Positions 18,500 through 28,805 of a DNA stretch of 64,000 bases are shown here, piece by piece. A model generated the notes under the pieces. It had not been told where the DNA came from. It did no database searches and saw nothing but the letters and a program-made list of their open reading frames with translations. How positions within the stretch are numbered: the stretch's first letter is position 1; every line of letters begins with the position of its first letter. The translations under genes and the position numbers were made by a program. Source of the DNA: an uncultured Candidatus Saccharibacteria bacterium (lineage in GTDB: Bacteria; Patescibacteriota; Dojkabacteria; J137); contig CAZSKK010000001.1 of NCBI GenBank assembly GCA_964607415.1, positions 260,190-324,189 on the forward strand, given 5' to 3'.

Positions 18500-20218
18500 T
18501 TACTTTAACTTAACATTTGAATTTAAAAACACTTTGATTTGTTTTTCAGGATTTATTTGAAAAATTTTACTCTGTTTCAAATCAAACTCAACACCACTAT
18601 CTAATTTTAAAAGCTCAGTGTCATTACTTTTACAATCATTATTTTTACAATCGATTTCCAACGAACCTGACTTGCTAAAGTCGATACCTAAAATCGTATA
18701 TTTGTTAACTAAAATGCCATCATTAACTTCGAAATTTATATCTGTAATAACTTGGTTTTTACCGGGGTCTGGAATTATGTGAAAAATTAGCACAGATCCT
18801 TTAATTTCAGGTTTTAATATTGGCTGTGTCATTCCAAGTTCAATCATTAATATACTCCTTCCTCCAGTTAATCCAGACTTAAGATTTTCACCATAATTAT
18901 TAATTGAACTTGAATTCTTTTTTAAATTGTAGTGATATCGATAAAGATCGTTGGCTGAAAATCTTTCTGACTCTAAAATAATGCGGTTAACCATGTTATC
19001 TTTTCCTAGTGTTGTTACAGGTGCAAATCTATAAAATACTAATAGAGAAAACGAATGAAAAGTTAGAAGTAAAAAGAAAGCAACAGCATTGTACTTTAGA
19101 TATTTGAGTGCCTTTACTTTATTTAAAATAAACGCAACTCCAACTGCACACACTGGAGCTAAAACGATAAAAAATCTTTGCCCAATACTATCCCCAGCCC
19201 ACCAGTTTGTCCAAAAGTTGTAAATCCCAAGTAAAAACAAGACTGGAAGTATGTAAAGTAGCCAGTCTTGTAAGTTTTTTCTTGCATATAAAAATAGACC
19301 TAACGTACCAAAAATCATTATAGGTGAATAAACAAACCACCCTCTAATATCAGAAAAAAGTAAGTTTAAAATATTGAAGTTTGATAAACTAAATCCACTA
19401 TCTCCTAGTGCAGTGTAGCCTGTTTCTAGCGCACTTCCATATGAAATGTAGTTGTAAGTTAGAAACAAAACGGAGCAAAATAATGCAGGTAGAAAAAAAT
19501 AAAACCAGGCTTTCTTTTTTAAAAATTTAAGAACATAAAAACAAATAGGTATTAATAAAACTAAATCTACAGGTCTTGTTAAAACCAGAAGTCCAGCTGC
19601 AGTTCCAGAAAAAAGTAAGTACTTGTATTCAAATATTTTCCCAAATTTTGTTAATGAGTAATAAAGCAAACTTATGCAAAAGAATTCGTATACATGTGAA
19701 TAGGAACCGTTAAACAATGAGTAACCTAAAACAAAAGATGACAAAGTTACAAAAAGTGTTGAAAGCTGGCTAATTTTATTGCTGAAATTTAAATTTCTTA
19801 AAGTTTTATAAATTAATAAAATGCTAATACTCAAAAAGAAAATTGCTGCAATTTGAATTGCAAATCCATCCGCAAAACTATGTCCATTGAAAGCTTTATA
19901 GTAGTCATTGTAAATTGTTCCGTTGTCAAAAAAATGTGCTGTAGATAAAAACGGCAGCCACAAAATTCCATTGCCAACCGTGTACTGCGTAACAAATTTA
20001 TTATCAAATTCAGAAACTCCATGACCGCCATACTCAAAATAATCCGGTGCTGCTTTGGTTACAAACGAACCATTTTCAACCATTGATTTTCCAACATGAT
20101 AATATCCATACCCATCACCCAAAATGAAAACTGAGCCAAGTACTTGGCCAATTAAAAACAAAACAAGAAAAATCAGTAAGAAATAAAAAATATTTTTCAT
20201 AAATACAGCATAGCGCAA
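18500..20218 (-). CDS. GT-C fold membrane glycosyltransferase (PMT_2/ArnT-like)
   Basis: Early DGYGYY, multiple TMs, LTRP, RGWFVYSP and WWAG..GQRF. Confidence 0.7.
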   Translation of the reverse strand: MRYAVFMKNIFYFLLIFLVLFLIGQVLGSVFILGDGYGYYHVGKSMVENGSFVTKAAPDYFEYGGHGVSEFDNKFVTQYTVGNGILWLPFLSTAHFFDNGTIYNDYYKAFNGHSFADGFAIQIAAIFFLSISILLIYKTLRNLNFSNKISQLSTLFVTLSSFVLGYSLFNGSYSHVYEFFCISLLYYSLTKFGKIFEYKYLLFSGTAAGLLVLTRPVDLVLLIPICFYVLKFLKKKAWFYFFLPALFCSVLFLTYNYISYGSALETGYTALGDSGFSLSNFNILNLLFSDIRGWFVYSPIMIFGTLGLFLYARKNLQDWLLYILPVLFLLGIYNFWTNWWAGDSIGQRFFIVLAPVCAVGVAFILNKVKALKYLKYNAVAFFLLLTFHSFSLLVFYRFAPVTTLGKDNMVNRIILESERFSANDLYRYHYNLKKNSSSINNYGENLKSGLTGGRSILMIELGMTQPILKPEIKGSVLIFHIIPDPGKNQVITDINFEVNDGILVNKYTILGIDFSKSGSLEIDCKNNDCKSNDTELLKLDSGVEFDLKQSKIFQINPEKQIKVFLNSNVKLK

Positions 20219-20246
20219 ATCTGTATTTCTTTAAATCCTTTTCTAC

Positions 20247-20307
20247 TAACCCCTCTCCCTTCGGGTATCTCCCCTTTAAAATAAAGGGGAGAATTAAAGA
20301 GGGGTTA
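20247..20307. repeat. Family-B palindromic element
   Basis: TAACCCCTCT...AGAGGGGTTA termini enclosing TCTCCCCTTTA/TAAAGGGGAGA. Confidence 0.85.
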
Positions 20308-20340
20308 TTAAACAACATTTTAAGTTATAATATATTGCCT

Positions 20341-23300
20341 ATGATTAACTTTGAAGCTGAGCTTAAAAAATTAAATTCCGAACAAAAACTGGCTGTTGAT
20401 ACAATCCAAGGTCCAGTTTTAGTTGTTGCAGGTCCTGGAACTGGTAAAACTCAAATGTTAGCTTTAAGAATTGCAAATATTTTAAGAACAACAGATACTA
20501 AACCTTCGAATATTCTTTGTTTAACATTTACAGAATCTGGCGTTTGGGCAATGCGTGAAAGACTTTTTAGAATAATTGGAACTGATGCTTACTTTGTTAG
20601 AATTCACACCTTTCATAGCTTTTGTAACGAAATAATTCAAACATTTCCCGAAAAATTTGCCTTTGCAAGAGAACTTAATCAACTTGATGATTTGACTAAG
20701 CTCAAAATTTTTAGGGAGATTTTGGACGATCTTGCTCAAAAAAGCGATGGCAAAGAAAAACTAAAGCTTGTTCCATTTAGTAACAAATACATGTTTTTGA
20801 ACGATATTAGTTCCAGCATTCAAACACTTAAACGTGAAGGAATTACACCTGATGAATTAAAAGAAAAAGCGGAGGTTAAACTTTCCGAATTAGAAGCTAA
20901 TCAAAAGATTAACAAAAGAACTGGAAAACCTACAGCCGATTGGCTTAGAGAAAGAGATCAAACCACTAAAAATTTTGAGCTTTTTGAAATCTATAATGCA
21001 TATAATCAAAAGTTGGTTGAAAACGGTTTATATGATTACGAAGACATGATTTTATTTGTGATTAAAAGGTTTGAGGAAGACGATCAGCTTCTAGCTTTTT
21101 ACCAAGAAAAGTTTTTGTATGTTTTGGTTGATGAGTTTCAGGATACAAATGGTGCACAAAATAAAATTTTGAAGTTACTTGGAAGCTTTGACAAAAGTCC
21201 AAACATATTTGCTGTAGGTGACGATGATCAAGCAATTTACAGGTTTCAGGGTGCAAATGTTGGAAATCTTATTGATTTTAAAAATAGCTTTGAAGACGTT
21301 AAAACAATCACTGTTACTACTAACTACAGATCTTCTCAATTGATTTTGGATCTTTCATCAAACTTAATTAAGCACAACACATTAAGACTTTCGAATATTG
21401 ATACAAGCTTAAATAAAAATTTAACTGCTGGAAACGCTATTCCAAATAAAAAAACAGAGGTTCATTCTTTTAAAGATTCCAGATCTGAAAACGAATTTAT
21501 TGCAAAAAAAATTCTCGAACTAAATTCTACTGGAGTTAAGTTTTCAGATATAGCTGTGTTATATAGAAATCATAAGGATTCTGAGGATTTAATTGATGTG
21601 CTTTTATCGGAAAAAGTTCCAATTAGACTTGCTGCAGGTAGAAATTCTTTAGATGAAAAACTTATTGATAATTTTATAACTCTACTTAAAGTAGTTCAAT
21701 ACACCGATAGCGATAGAGACTTTTTACTGTTTAAAGTTTTGTTCTTTGATTTTCTAAAATTTGAAAGAATTGATATTTTTAAAATTGTAAACTTTGCGCA
21801 TGAGAACAAAGAATCAATTTTTAATATTCTTTTGGATGGTGTAAAGCTTGAGAAATTAGGAATAAATAACATTGTTAATATTTCGGTATTACAAAATTTT
21901 GCAAGTAAAATTATAGATTGGAAAGCCGATTCCGAAAACCTAAGCTTTGCAGCCTTTATTCAAAAAATAATGTCGGAATCTGGTTTTTTAGATTATGTTT
22001 TTGGATCAGAACCATCAAACATTGAAGATATTAATTCTGTTAATTCTTTTTACGATTATATAAAATCAATCAATCGCGTAAATAAGCTTTTAAGCCTTGA
22101 ATCTTTTTTAAACGACATAAATCTTTTGAAAGAAAATAAACTTCAAGTTAGTGAAAAAGAGCTGGATGTTGATAAAGACGGAGTTAATTTAATGACAGCA
22201 CATAAATCAAAAGGATTGGAGTTTAAACACGTATTCATAATGAAATTTACTGAAAAAAGCTGGGGTGGAAAAGGCAGAAGCAAGATTATAAAGCTTCCAT
22301 TGCAAACTGCAGATGTTACGGATGAAGTAAGTAATCTTGAAGATGAACGCAGGCTTCTTTTTGTTGCAACTACAAGAGCTAAAGAGCATTTATATTTTAC
22401 GTATGCATCAGAGTATCCTTCTGGTAATACTACAACAGAGACAGGTCCTAGCATATTTATGTCTGAACTTGATGAAAAGCTGATTGAAAAGTTTAATGTT
22501 GAAAATGAAGAATTTAATATAGAACCTGTTAAAAAATTACTAAGTACTAAGCTTGGCTCACCTTATAACATTGAAGAAACTGAGTTTTTAAAACATGTAA
22601 TTGCCAAATTTAAATTGAGTGCCAGCTCATTAAATGAATATATTGAGTGCCCTTTAAAATTCAAATATAACAGACTTTTGAAAGTTCCGCACGCTAAGGA
22701 TAAAACTCTAAGCATGGGAACTGCCATTCACTTTGTAATGGAGCACTTTTATAAAAATTTAAAACTTGGTGAGCTTAAGGCTAAAGATTATTTTATATAT
22801 CAGTTCGAATGGGCTTTAAAAAAGGAACTGCTAGGTAAAGCCGAATATGAAGAAACTCTTAAAGAAGGTACACGAATTATTTCTGAGTATTATGATTATT
22901 ACGAAGGTACGTTTTTAAAACCTGCAGAAGTTGAATATGGATTTTATGGAAGAAATATTCTTTTAGAAAAAGATGGAATTGAACCAATATTACTTACAGG
23001 AAAAATCGATAGGGTTGAATATTTAAATACCAATCAAAGTTTGAATAGTTTGGACATTGATACCAGGGTTAAAATTGTAGATTACAAAACATCAAGTCCG
23101 AAGTCAAAAAACGATATTATGGGTAAAACTAAGTACTCCACGGGATCGATTTACAGACAGCTTGTTTTTTATAAACTACTTGCAGAAATTGATAACTTTT
23201 TTAGGCCTTCAACAAACTTTCCTAAATACAAAGTAGAACAAGTAGAAGTGGATTTTATTAAACCCGACAGCGGTAAATTTAAAAGAGAAGTTTTTGAAAT

Positions 23301-23433
23301 TCCAAATGAAGACGTCGAAAGTCTTAAAGAAACAATTTTTGGCATTATGACTAGAATTAGAAACTTAGAGTTTGGAGGAACAGATGAATATCCTCTTTGC
23401 GAAGAGTGTGAATATTGTAAAATGTTAAGTTAG
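20341..23433 (+). CDS. UvrD/PcrA-type SF1 helicase fused to PD-(D/E)XK nuclease (AdnA/B-like)
   Basis: AGPGTGKT, DEFQD, GDDDQAIY, TAHKSKGLEF and TTRAK, then GKIDR...DYKT with four Cys (CP...CEECEYC). Confidence 0.9.
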   Translation: MINFEAELKKLNSEQKLAVDTIQGPVLVVAGPGTGKTQMLALRIANILRTTDTKPSNILCLTFTESGVWAMRERLFRIIGTDAYFVRIHTFHSFCNEIIQTFPEKFAFARELNQLDDLTKLKIFREILDDLAQKSDGKEKLKLVPFSNKYMFLNDISSSIQTLKREGITPDELKEKAEVKLSELEANQKINKRTGKPTADWLRERDQTTKNFELFEIYNAYNQKLVENGLYDYEDMILFVIKRFEEDDQLLAFYQEKFLYVLVDEFQDTNGAQNKILKLLGSFDKSPNIFAVGDDDQAIYRFQGANVGNLIDFKNSFEDVKTITVTTNYRSSQLILDLSSNLIKHNTLRLSNIDTSLNKNLTAGNAIPNKKTEVHSFKDSRSENEFIAKKILELNSTGVKFSDIAVLYRNHKDSEDLIDVLLSEKVPIRLAAGRNSLDEKLIDNFITLLKVVQYTDSDRDFLLFKVLFFDFLKFERIDIFKIVNFAHENKESIFNILLDGVKLEKLGINNIVNISVLQNFASKIIDWKADSENLSFAAFIQKIMSESGFLDYVFGSEPSNIEDINSVNSFYDYIKSINRVNKLLSLESFLNDINLLKENKLQVSEKELDVDKDGVNLMTAHKSKGLEFKHVFIMKFTEKSWGGKGRSKIIKLPLQTADVTDEVSNLEDERRLLFVATTRAKEHLYFTYASEYPSGNTTTETGPSIFMSELDEKLIEKFNVENEEFNIEPVKKLLSTKLGSPYNIEETEFLKHVIAKFKLSASSLNEYIECPLKFKYNRLLKVPHAKDKTLSMGTAIHFVMEHFYKNLKLGELKAKDYFIYQFEWALKKELLGKAEYEETLKEGTRIISEYYDYYEGTFLKPAEVEYGFYGRNILLEKDGIEPILLTGKIDRVEYLNTNQSLNSLDIDTRVKIVDYKTSSPKSKNDIMGKTKYSTGSIYRQLVFYKLLAEIDNFFRPSTNFPKYKVEQVEVDFIKPDSGKFKREVFEIPNEDVESLKETIFGIMTRIRNLEFGGTDEYPLCEECEYCKMLS

Positions 23434-23684
23434 GCTTCTTTTAGCACTTCAGGCAGTGTGCCTACTAAAGATTGCTCATCTAAAGGTAATGTTTCTACTT
23501 GTTGATTTAATTTATTTAAATCAATAAGTGCATCGTTACGCCTGATTTGAAAATTTTCCCAAGTTTCACCTGGTAGCCTTTCAATTATTTTAGCTTCCCA
23601 ACCTGAGCCATTGTTAGTATAAACATTCGTCATCAAAGGTATTCCTCCTAATGGTACTTCTTCAATGGATTCTGTCATTTCCAT
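23430..23684 (-). CDS. Hypothetical protein
   Basis: 84-aa ORF, no recognised motif. Confidence 0.5.
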   Translation of the reverse strand: MEMTESIEEVPLGGIPLMTNVYTNNGSGWEAKIIERLPGETWENFQIRRNDALIDLNKLNQQVETLPLDEQSLVGTLPEVLKEA

Positions 23685-23709
23685 GAAAATTAAAAAATAT
23701 TACAGTATT

Positions 23710-23994
23710 TTAGCTCTCTTCGTCTTTTCTAACCATGACCCAGTTACCATCCTCACCTAAAACAATTCTACCTCTTTTTTCAGTTTGAGTTGGGTATAAA
23801 TCAGGCTTCTGTATAATTCTTAAATCTGCCTCTCTCTTAAGAGCTCTAGCATTCATTGTATCTATTGCCACCTGGATACCGTTTCTTCCTAATTCATAAA
23901 GCTGTTCATCAGTTAATGCCTCATAATCTATTGATTCATCTTTCCAGCTTAGTATAAGTGGTCCTGTACCTGGCATGTTAAAAATCTGTAACAA
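23710..23994 (-). CDS. Hypothetical protein
   Basis: 94-aa ORF in tandem with the previous one. Confidence 0.5.
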   Translation of the reverse strand: MLQIFNMPGTGPLILSWKDESIDYEALTDEQLYELGRNGIQVAIDTMNARALKREADLRIIQKPDLYPTQTEKRGRIVLGEDGNWVMVRKDEES

Positions 23995-24152
23995 TTAAAA
24001 AATTTAGGTGTGAGGCTTTAGGGTTTGAAGATTTTAGTTGCAAGAACTCTGTTTTCTTAAGTGTGTAATAGGAACAAAACATTTAAAAAGTTTAAGTATC
24101 AAAACTTAAATCATTCTAAACTAAGCCAAAAAAGATGACAAGGGGTTTGCTG

Positions 24153-24626
24153 CTACTTTTGGAAATCGAAAGAAAGATACTCGTATACATCTTTTGCATG
24201 GCCTTCAGGCTTTACCTTTTGCCATGACATAATAATTTTTCCAACTTCATCAATAGCATAAGTTGATCTCAATGTTCCCATATATCTCCTGCCAAACATA
24301 CTCTTTTCTACCCATATTCCAAAGGCTTCGTTTAGTTTGTGGTCAATATCAGACAACAACGTAAAGTTTAATCCATGCTTATTTATAAACTTTTGATGAG
24401 CTTTTATAGGATCAACACTTACTCCAATTATTTCGTATCCTAATTTTTTAATATCTTTGTTGTAATCTCTAAACTCACAGGCTTCAATTGTGCAGCCAGG
24501 AGTATCATCCTTTGGATAAAAATATAACACATATTTTTTACCAATTTGTTCACTCAAATCTGTCTGTGTGCCATCTAGCTTTACTAGTTTTATATTTTGA
24601 GGAACAAAATCTCCGTTTTGTAACAT
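24153..24626 (-). CDS. bcp: Peroxiredoxin BCP/PrxQ
   Basis: YFYPKDDTPGCTIEACEFRD. Confidence 0.92.
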   Translation of the reverse strand: MLQNGDFVPQNIKLVKLDGTQTDLSEQIGKKYVLYFYPKDDTPGCTIEACEFRDYNKDIKKLGYEIIGVSVDPIKAHQKFINKHGLNFTLLSDIDHKLNEAFGIWVEKSMFGRRYMGTLRSTYAIDEVGKIIMSWQKVKPEGHAKDVYEYLSFDFQK

Positions 24627-24633
24627 AGTTGTT

Positions 24634-24936
24634 TCATTGTTCAACATTAGAATTTATATATTGGTCATATTCATACTTGACTTCACAGAAATGGTTTTTT
24701 GTATTAGCTAGTCTTTCATCATAACCGTCGCTAAGCTCATTTTCCAGTTCAATAATGCTATTTTCAATACTAGCTATGTATGCTGAAAGTTCTAATAATT
24801 CATCATTTGAGAAATCTGGTAAATTTCTAATGGGATAATCTCCAATCAAATTTGTAATTGCATTATTAATTTCAACGATATAACCGTATAAAGCTGGATG
24901 CTCCAAATGTGTCCCTGCAGTTCTTAATTTATACAT
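24634..24936 (-). CDS. Hypothetical protein
   Basis: 100-aa helical acidic ORF. Confidence 0.5.
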   Translation of the reverse strand: MYKLRTAGTHLEHPALYGYIVEINNAITNLIGDYPIRNLPDFSNDELLELSAYIASIENSIIELENELSDGYDERLANTKNHFCEVKYEYDQYINSNVEQ

Positions 24937-24951
24937 AATTGGTATGATTTA

Positions 24952-25731
24952 CTACTTTGGTAATGGTATTAAAGCTCTAACATGCTTTTTATATTTCTGA
25001 TATTCCTTATTCTTATCATATTTCTTTTCCAGCATTGGAATTCCTGAAACTTTTATAAGCAAAAAATCTATTAGTAAAGGGCTAATTAATGCCACATAAC
25101 CAAAATCAACTGACAATGCAATTAAAAATAATCCCCACCATAGTGTTGCTTCGCCAAAATAATTTGGATGTCTTGAATATTTCCAAAGACCACTTTTCAT
25201 TATTGCATCTTTAGATACTTTTCCAGCTTTTTTCTTATTAACAAACTTAGTAAGTTCAAAATCACCTCTAACCTCAAAATAAAAGCCAAAAAGCCAAATT
25301 GATATACCTATAAAATCAACAAGGTTTAATTTTTGTAAACCTCCGTATGTATTAATCAAAACAATGCTTGATGCAATTGGAAGCATTAAAATACCTTGTA
25401 AAATAAATATTTGAAGATACGATCTAATTACAAAATTTTTACCCCAGTTTTTTCCCCAATTGGCGTATCTAAAGTCTTCGGCTTTTCCCTTATTTCTTAA
25501 AAAAATATGTATGGTAAGTCTAAATCCCCAGATACAAACTAAAACTGTTGCAACTACTTTTCGTGCATTAAAATCATCTGATGTGAAAAACGTAACTAAG
25601 GCAACTAAAGCAAATCCCAATCCCCAGAATATATCTATAATTGAATTATTTTTAAGATATAAAGCTAAAAAGAAGGCAAGGTGCATTAAAATTGCTACAG
25701 AAATTATTGCGTAAATTATTTGCAGCTCCAT
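24952..25731 (-). CDS. DUF1295 / steroid 5-alpha-reductase-like membrane protein
   Basis: IDIFWG, EDFRY, GLWKYSRHPNYFGE and SGIPMLE. Confidence 0.9.
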   Translation of the reverse strand: MELQIIYAIISVAILMHLAFFLALYLKNNSIIDIFWGLGFALVALVTFFTSDDFNARKVVATVLVCIWGFRLTIHIFLRNKGKAEDFRYANWGKNWGKNFVIRSYLQIFILQGILMLPIASSIVLINTYGGLQKLNLVDFIGISIWLFGFYFEVRGDFELTKFVNKKKAGKVSKDAIMKSGLWKYSRHPNYFGEATLWWGLFLIALSVDFGYVALISPLLIDFLLIKVSGIPMLEKKYDKNKEYQKYKKHVRALIPLPK

Positions 25732-25805
25732 ATGGGCCAGTTTAAGTGTAAAAGTAAGTTTAAGAGCAAAACTTGTTATATTCTAAACTATTTTTATCAA
25801 GCTTA

Positions 25806-26219
25806 CTATTGTTCACCGTAGGGAAGATTCTTTATCCCGTCAAGCAAGGTAATTTTTGCGCTGTTGTTTTGCTTTATAATAAGGCTAAGAATGCGCTTAA
25901 TTTTCTCTGTCACTTGGTATGGTGGATACCCTTGAACCATAGTTTTTCCATATGCAAGAATTTCACCACTAACTATAAACTCTTCCGTTCCTATTTGTTC
26001 TGAAGCCCTAAGAAATCTTTTTTTGGTTTGATGAATTTCAGTCAATGAAATTCCATAATCTGAAAAGCCTTTAACAATCCATTCAAGAATTTCAGGCTCT
26101 ACAAAAGATAGACTCAACGTCAGAAAAAATTCACTTTCAATCTCTCTAACATTTAGTGTATCAGCAATTTGGTTAGGATCTTGAATTGGATAAATATCAA
26201 TACCGTCTAGGCTGGACAT
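25806..26219 (-). CDS. Hypothetical protein, possibly ACT-like
   Basis: EPEILEWIVKGFSDYGISLTEIHQ resembles an ACT helix-strand. Confidence 0.5.
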   Translation of the reverse strand: MSSLDGIDIYPIQDPNQIADTLNVREIESEFFLTLSLSFVEPEILEWIVKGFSDYGISLTEIHQTKKRFLRASEQIGTEEFIVSGEILAYGKTMVQGYPPYQVTEKIKRILSLIIKQNNSAKITLLDGIKNLPYGEQ

Positions 26220-26285
26220 ACTAGTACCTTAAAATTTGTAGTTATAGCTATTGTAAATTATTTAGGCAAAACGTAAAAGTAAAGT

Positions 26286-26552
26286 TTATACTTCTACCGA
26301 GACATACTTTTCACAAATACCAACAATAACTGCAACATCATCCTCGCATAAATCTCTTTCTGAATTTGATGTTACTAAAAGTGATTTGAAATCTTTATAA
26401 GCAGTATTATTGAAGCTAACGTCTTCATATCCTAGAGCCTCAAGATCTTTTATTATACTTTTAGATTGGTTCTCCAGCCATACTGGAATAACAATTTTAA
26501 CGTAACCTGGAAATTCTTCGAATTTTGAATGTAATGGCATTATATTTTTCAT
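26286..26552 (-). CDS. Hypothetical protein
   Basis: 88-aa alpha/beta ORF. Confidence 0.5.
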   Translation of the reverse strand: MKNIMPLHSKFEEFPGYVKIVIPVWLENQSKSIIKDLEALGYEDVSFNNTAYKDFKSLLVTSNSERDLCEDDVAVIVGICEKYVSVEV

Positions 26553-26555
26553 ATA

Positions 26556-26993
26556 TTAACTTTCATTTAAAGAATAAGTTTCTAAAAATTGAACAGGTGC
26601 ATTTATGATACCTCTAACATCATTTGCTACTAGTTCCAGCTTATTTTGTAAGCCTTCTTCTTGCGGATACGTACATTCAATTGTAAATATCCTTACAGGT
26701 TCATTCTGATTGTATAGAATTAGCGAATGTTCACTAAGTAGTATTTCTATACCTAATGCTTTAAGTCTTCTTTCTATGTTTGATATTGAAATAGAGGATT
26801 CAACAGGTACTTGTATCTTAATAACTAAAGCCTGTAGTAAATTCACTCCAGCAGAAAATGTTTCCCCTATTAAAATCACTTTTGCTTTATCTCCAAAAGA
26901 TTCCGCGTAAAGAGTAGCCCATGCTTCACTACTTATTTCATCTAATCTTCTATATCTCATAAAAAATGGAGGATGAGCTTCCACAAGCTTCAT
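26556..26993 (-). CDS. Hypothetical protein, possibly ACT-like
   Basis: ISNIERRLKALGIEIL flanked by beta-strand patterns. Confidence 0.5.
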   Translation of the reverse strand: MKLVEAHPPFFMRYRRLDEISSEAWATLYAESFGDKAKVILIGETFSAGVNLLQALVIKIQVPVESSISISNIERRLKALGIEILLSEHSLILYNQNEPVRIFTIECTYPQEEGLQNKLELVANDVRGIINAPVQFLETYSLNES

Positions 26994-27044
26994 CCTCCAT
27001 TTAAATTTAAATTAGCTTTAGTTAGGTGTTTTAAAGTTGAAACT

Positions 27045-27725
27045 CTATTTGCAGTTACATCCTTCACACTCACAATTTTCACACTCGCACTCCGCACAAT
27101 GCCCATGTTCACATTCTTCGCAATCACATTCACAATCAACTGTGTCAAGTTTTGGTGAGTATTCGCTGTCATATCTTTGTGCACATTCTTCAACAATCTT
27201 AACAGCTTCAGCAAAATCAAAGTACCCATTAACCTTGCAAGGTCCAGGTTTTTTTAAATCTTTATAATGTTCCCAGTAATAAGTTGTTTCTTTTTCAAAA
27301 TATTCACCTAAATCAGCAATAGACTTAATATGATCTACTCTTTTATCATCATTTAAAACACAAATTACTTTGTCGTCTACTTCGCCTCCATCTTCAAATT
27401 TCATTATTCCAATAATTCTTGCTTCTACTAACGATCCAGGAATTAAAGGTTCAGTAACATTTACAATTACTGCATCTAATGGATCACCATCCAAATCCCA
27501 GGTTTGAGGAATTGCTCCATATGTAAAGGGATAAACAAGCGATGAATATCCAACTCTATCAAGTTTCAAATGACCAGTTTCAGTAATTAATTCATATTTA
27601 TTTAACGTGTGTGAGTTTAATTCAACAATCACATTAATAATACTTTTTTCTTCGTTAGCAAATGGATCTACAATATGAAGTAGATTGGGCATAAAAATTG
27701 AAGGTGGTATTGGTAAGTTAGCCAT
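27045..27725 (-). CDS. ppa: Family I inorganic pyrophosphatase with Cys-rich C-terminal tail
   Basis: NKYE, LDR, YPFTYG, DGDPLD and DDK. Confidence 0.92.
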   Translation of the reverse strand: MANLPIPPSIFMPNLLHIVDPFANEEKSIINVIVELNSHTLNKYELITETGHLKLDRVGYSSLVYPFTYGAIPQTWDLDGDPLDAVIVNVTEPLIPGSLVEARIIGIMKFEDGGEVDDKVICVLNDDKRVDHIKSIADLGEYFEKETTYYWEHYKDLKKPGPCKVNGYFDFAEAVKIVEECAQRYDSEYSPKLDTVDCECDCEECEHGHCAECECENCECEGCNCK

Positions 27726-27888
27726 TTTTTGAATTTAAAAATGTAAATTTATTCGTTAATTTGTTAATTTGTGCAAAGTTAATTAGGTTAGTATATTTGT
27801 GTAAGCAATTAGCCTGGAACTAATTAACTTATTAACTACTGGCTTGCCAGTCCTAAAAAGTATACAATAGTTAAGAATTATACACAAT

Positions 27889-28803
27889 ATGACTATGTCT
27901 CATTTTTCAAAAACTCAAAAATTTCTTGTTTACTTTGGCGTTGTAATTTTTATTGCAACAGTTTTTGCGGCGTTTATTTTTGCAATTCAAAGTTTTAGAA
28001 TCAAATCTTTTAAACTAATATTTGTAGAGCCAGACATAATTGTAAATACAAAAAATTCTTTAGGTGAAATAAACTCCGAAAAAAAGTTTTACTTTGGGGA
28101 AACCATAGAAACAAAAGACGTTGTAACTCAAATCAACTTCAAAAATGGTTTTATAATTTCAAATACAAAAGGATCTTTGGATCTTAAAAAAGATGATGCA
28201 AAAATTTCATTTGGGCTTTTCTTTTTTAATATTTCATCGCCATATTCTATTGTAGTAAATGAAAAACGTGTATTCTTAAATCCCGGATTTAAAGGTTTTT
28301 TTGATTCCCAAACCGAAACTTTATACACTATTGAAGGCACCGGAAGCTTTAATTCTGTTGAATTTAATGAAGATAATATTGTGCTTATTACTTCTGATAC
28401 TATTTCACAATCTGAAATTGATAGATCGATGGTTGCCAATAGCGTTAGGCTTAAGAACTTTTTAAATAATATTTCTAAGTTTGAAGCTTTAAGTAGCTTC
28501 TGGACTGATTTTTCGGCTCCTGAACTTTTTGAAATTTCTCCTGAAAATGAAGCTATACTAGGCATTCCTTTTTTAACTATAAGTATAAAAACGGAGCCTG
28601 ATATTAAAATCTCACTTTCCGATATAACTCTTGGCCAATCTGATGGGAATGGAGATTTTAGCTTTAATACTGTTCTTAAACCAGGGATTAATAATGTAAC
28701 AATTTTCTTGGATGATGAACTGCAGAATAGAAATACAGTTGAGCTTATATATATTTATGAAACGAACGCAACTTCAGGACCGGTATCTTACACTACTTTG
28801 TAA
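27889..28803 (+). CDS. Membrane-anchored hypothetical protein with C-terminal Ig-like domain
   Basis: N-terminal TM, then GDFSF...LKPGINNVTI. Confidence 0.6.
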   Translation: MTMSHFSKTQKFLVYFGVVIFIATVFAAFIFAIQSFRIKSFKLIFVEPDIIVNTKNSLGEINSEKKFYFGETIETKDVVTQINFKNGFIISNTKGSLDLKKDDAKISFGLFFFNISSPYSIVVNEKRVFLNPGFKGFFDSQTETLYTIEGTGSFNSVEFNEDNIVLITSDTISQSEIDRSMVANSVRLKNFLNNISKFEALSSFWTDFSAPELFEISPENEAILGIPFLTISIKTEPDIKISLSDITLGQSDGNGDFSFNTVLKPGINNVTIFLDDELQNRNTVELIYIYETNATSGPVSYTTL

Positions 28804-28805
28804 TA

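Noticed and set aside
26990-27267. Alternative-frame ORFs over the ppa 3' end
   Set aside because: By-products of the low-complexity Cys/Glu codons. The tail is in frame with ppa.
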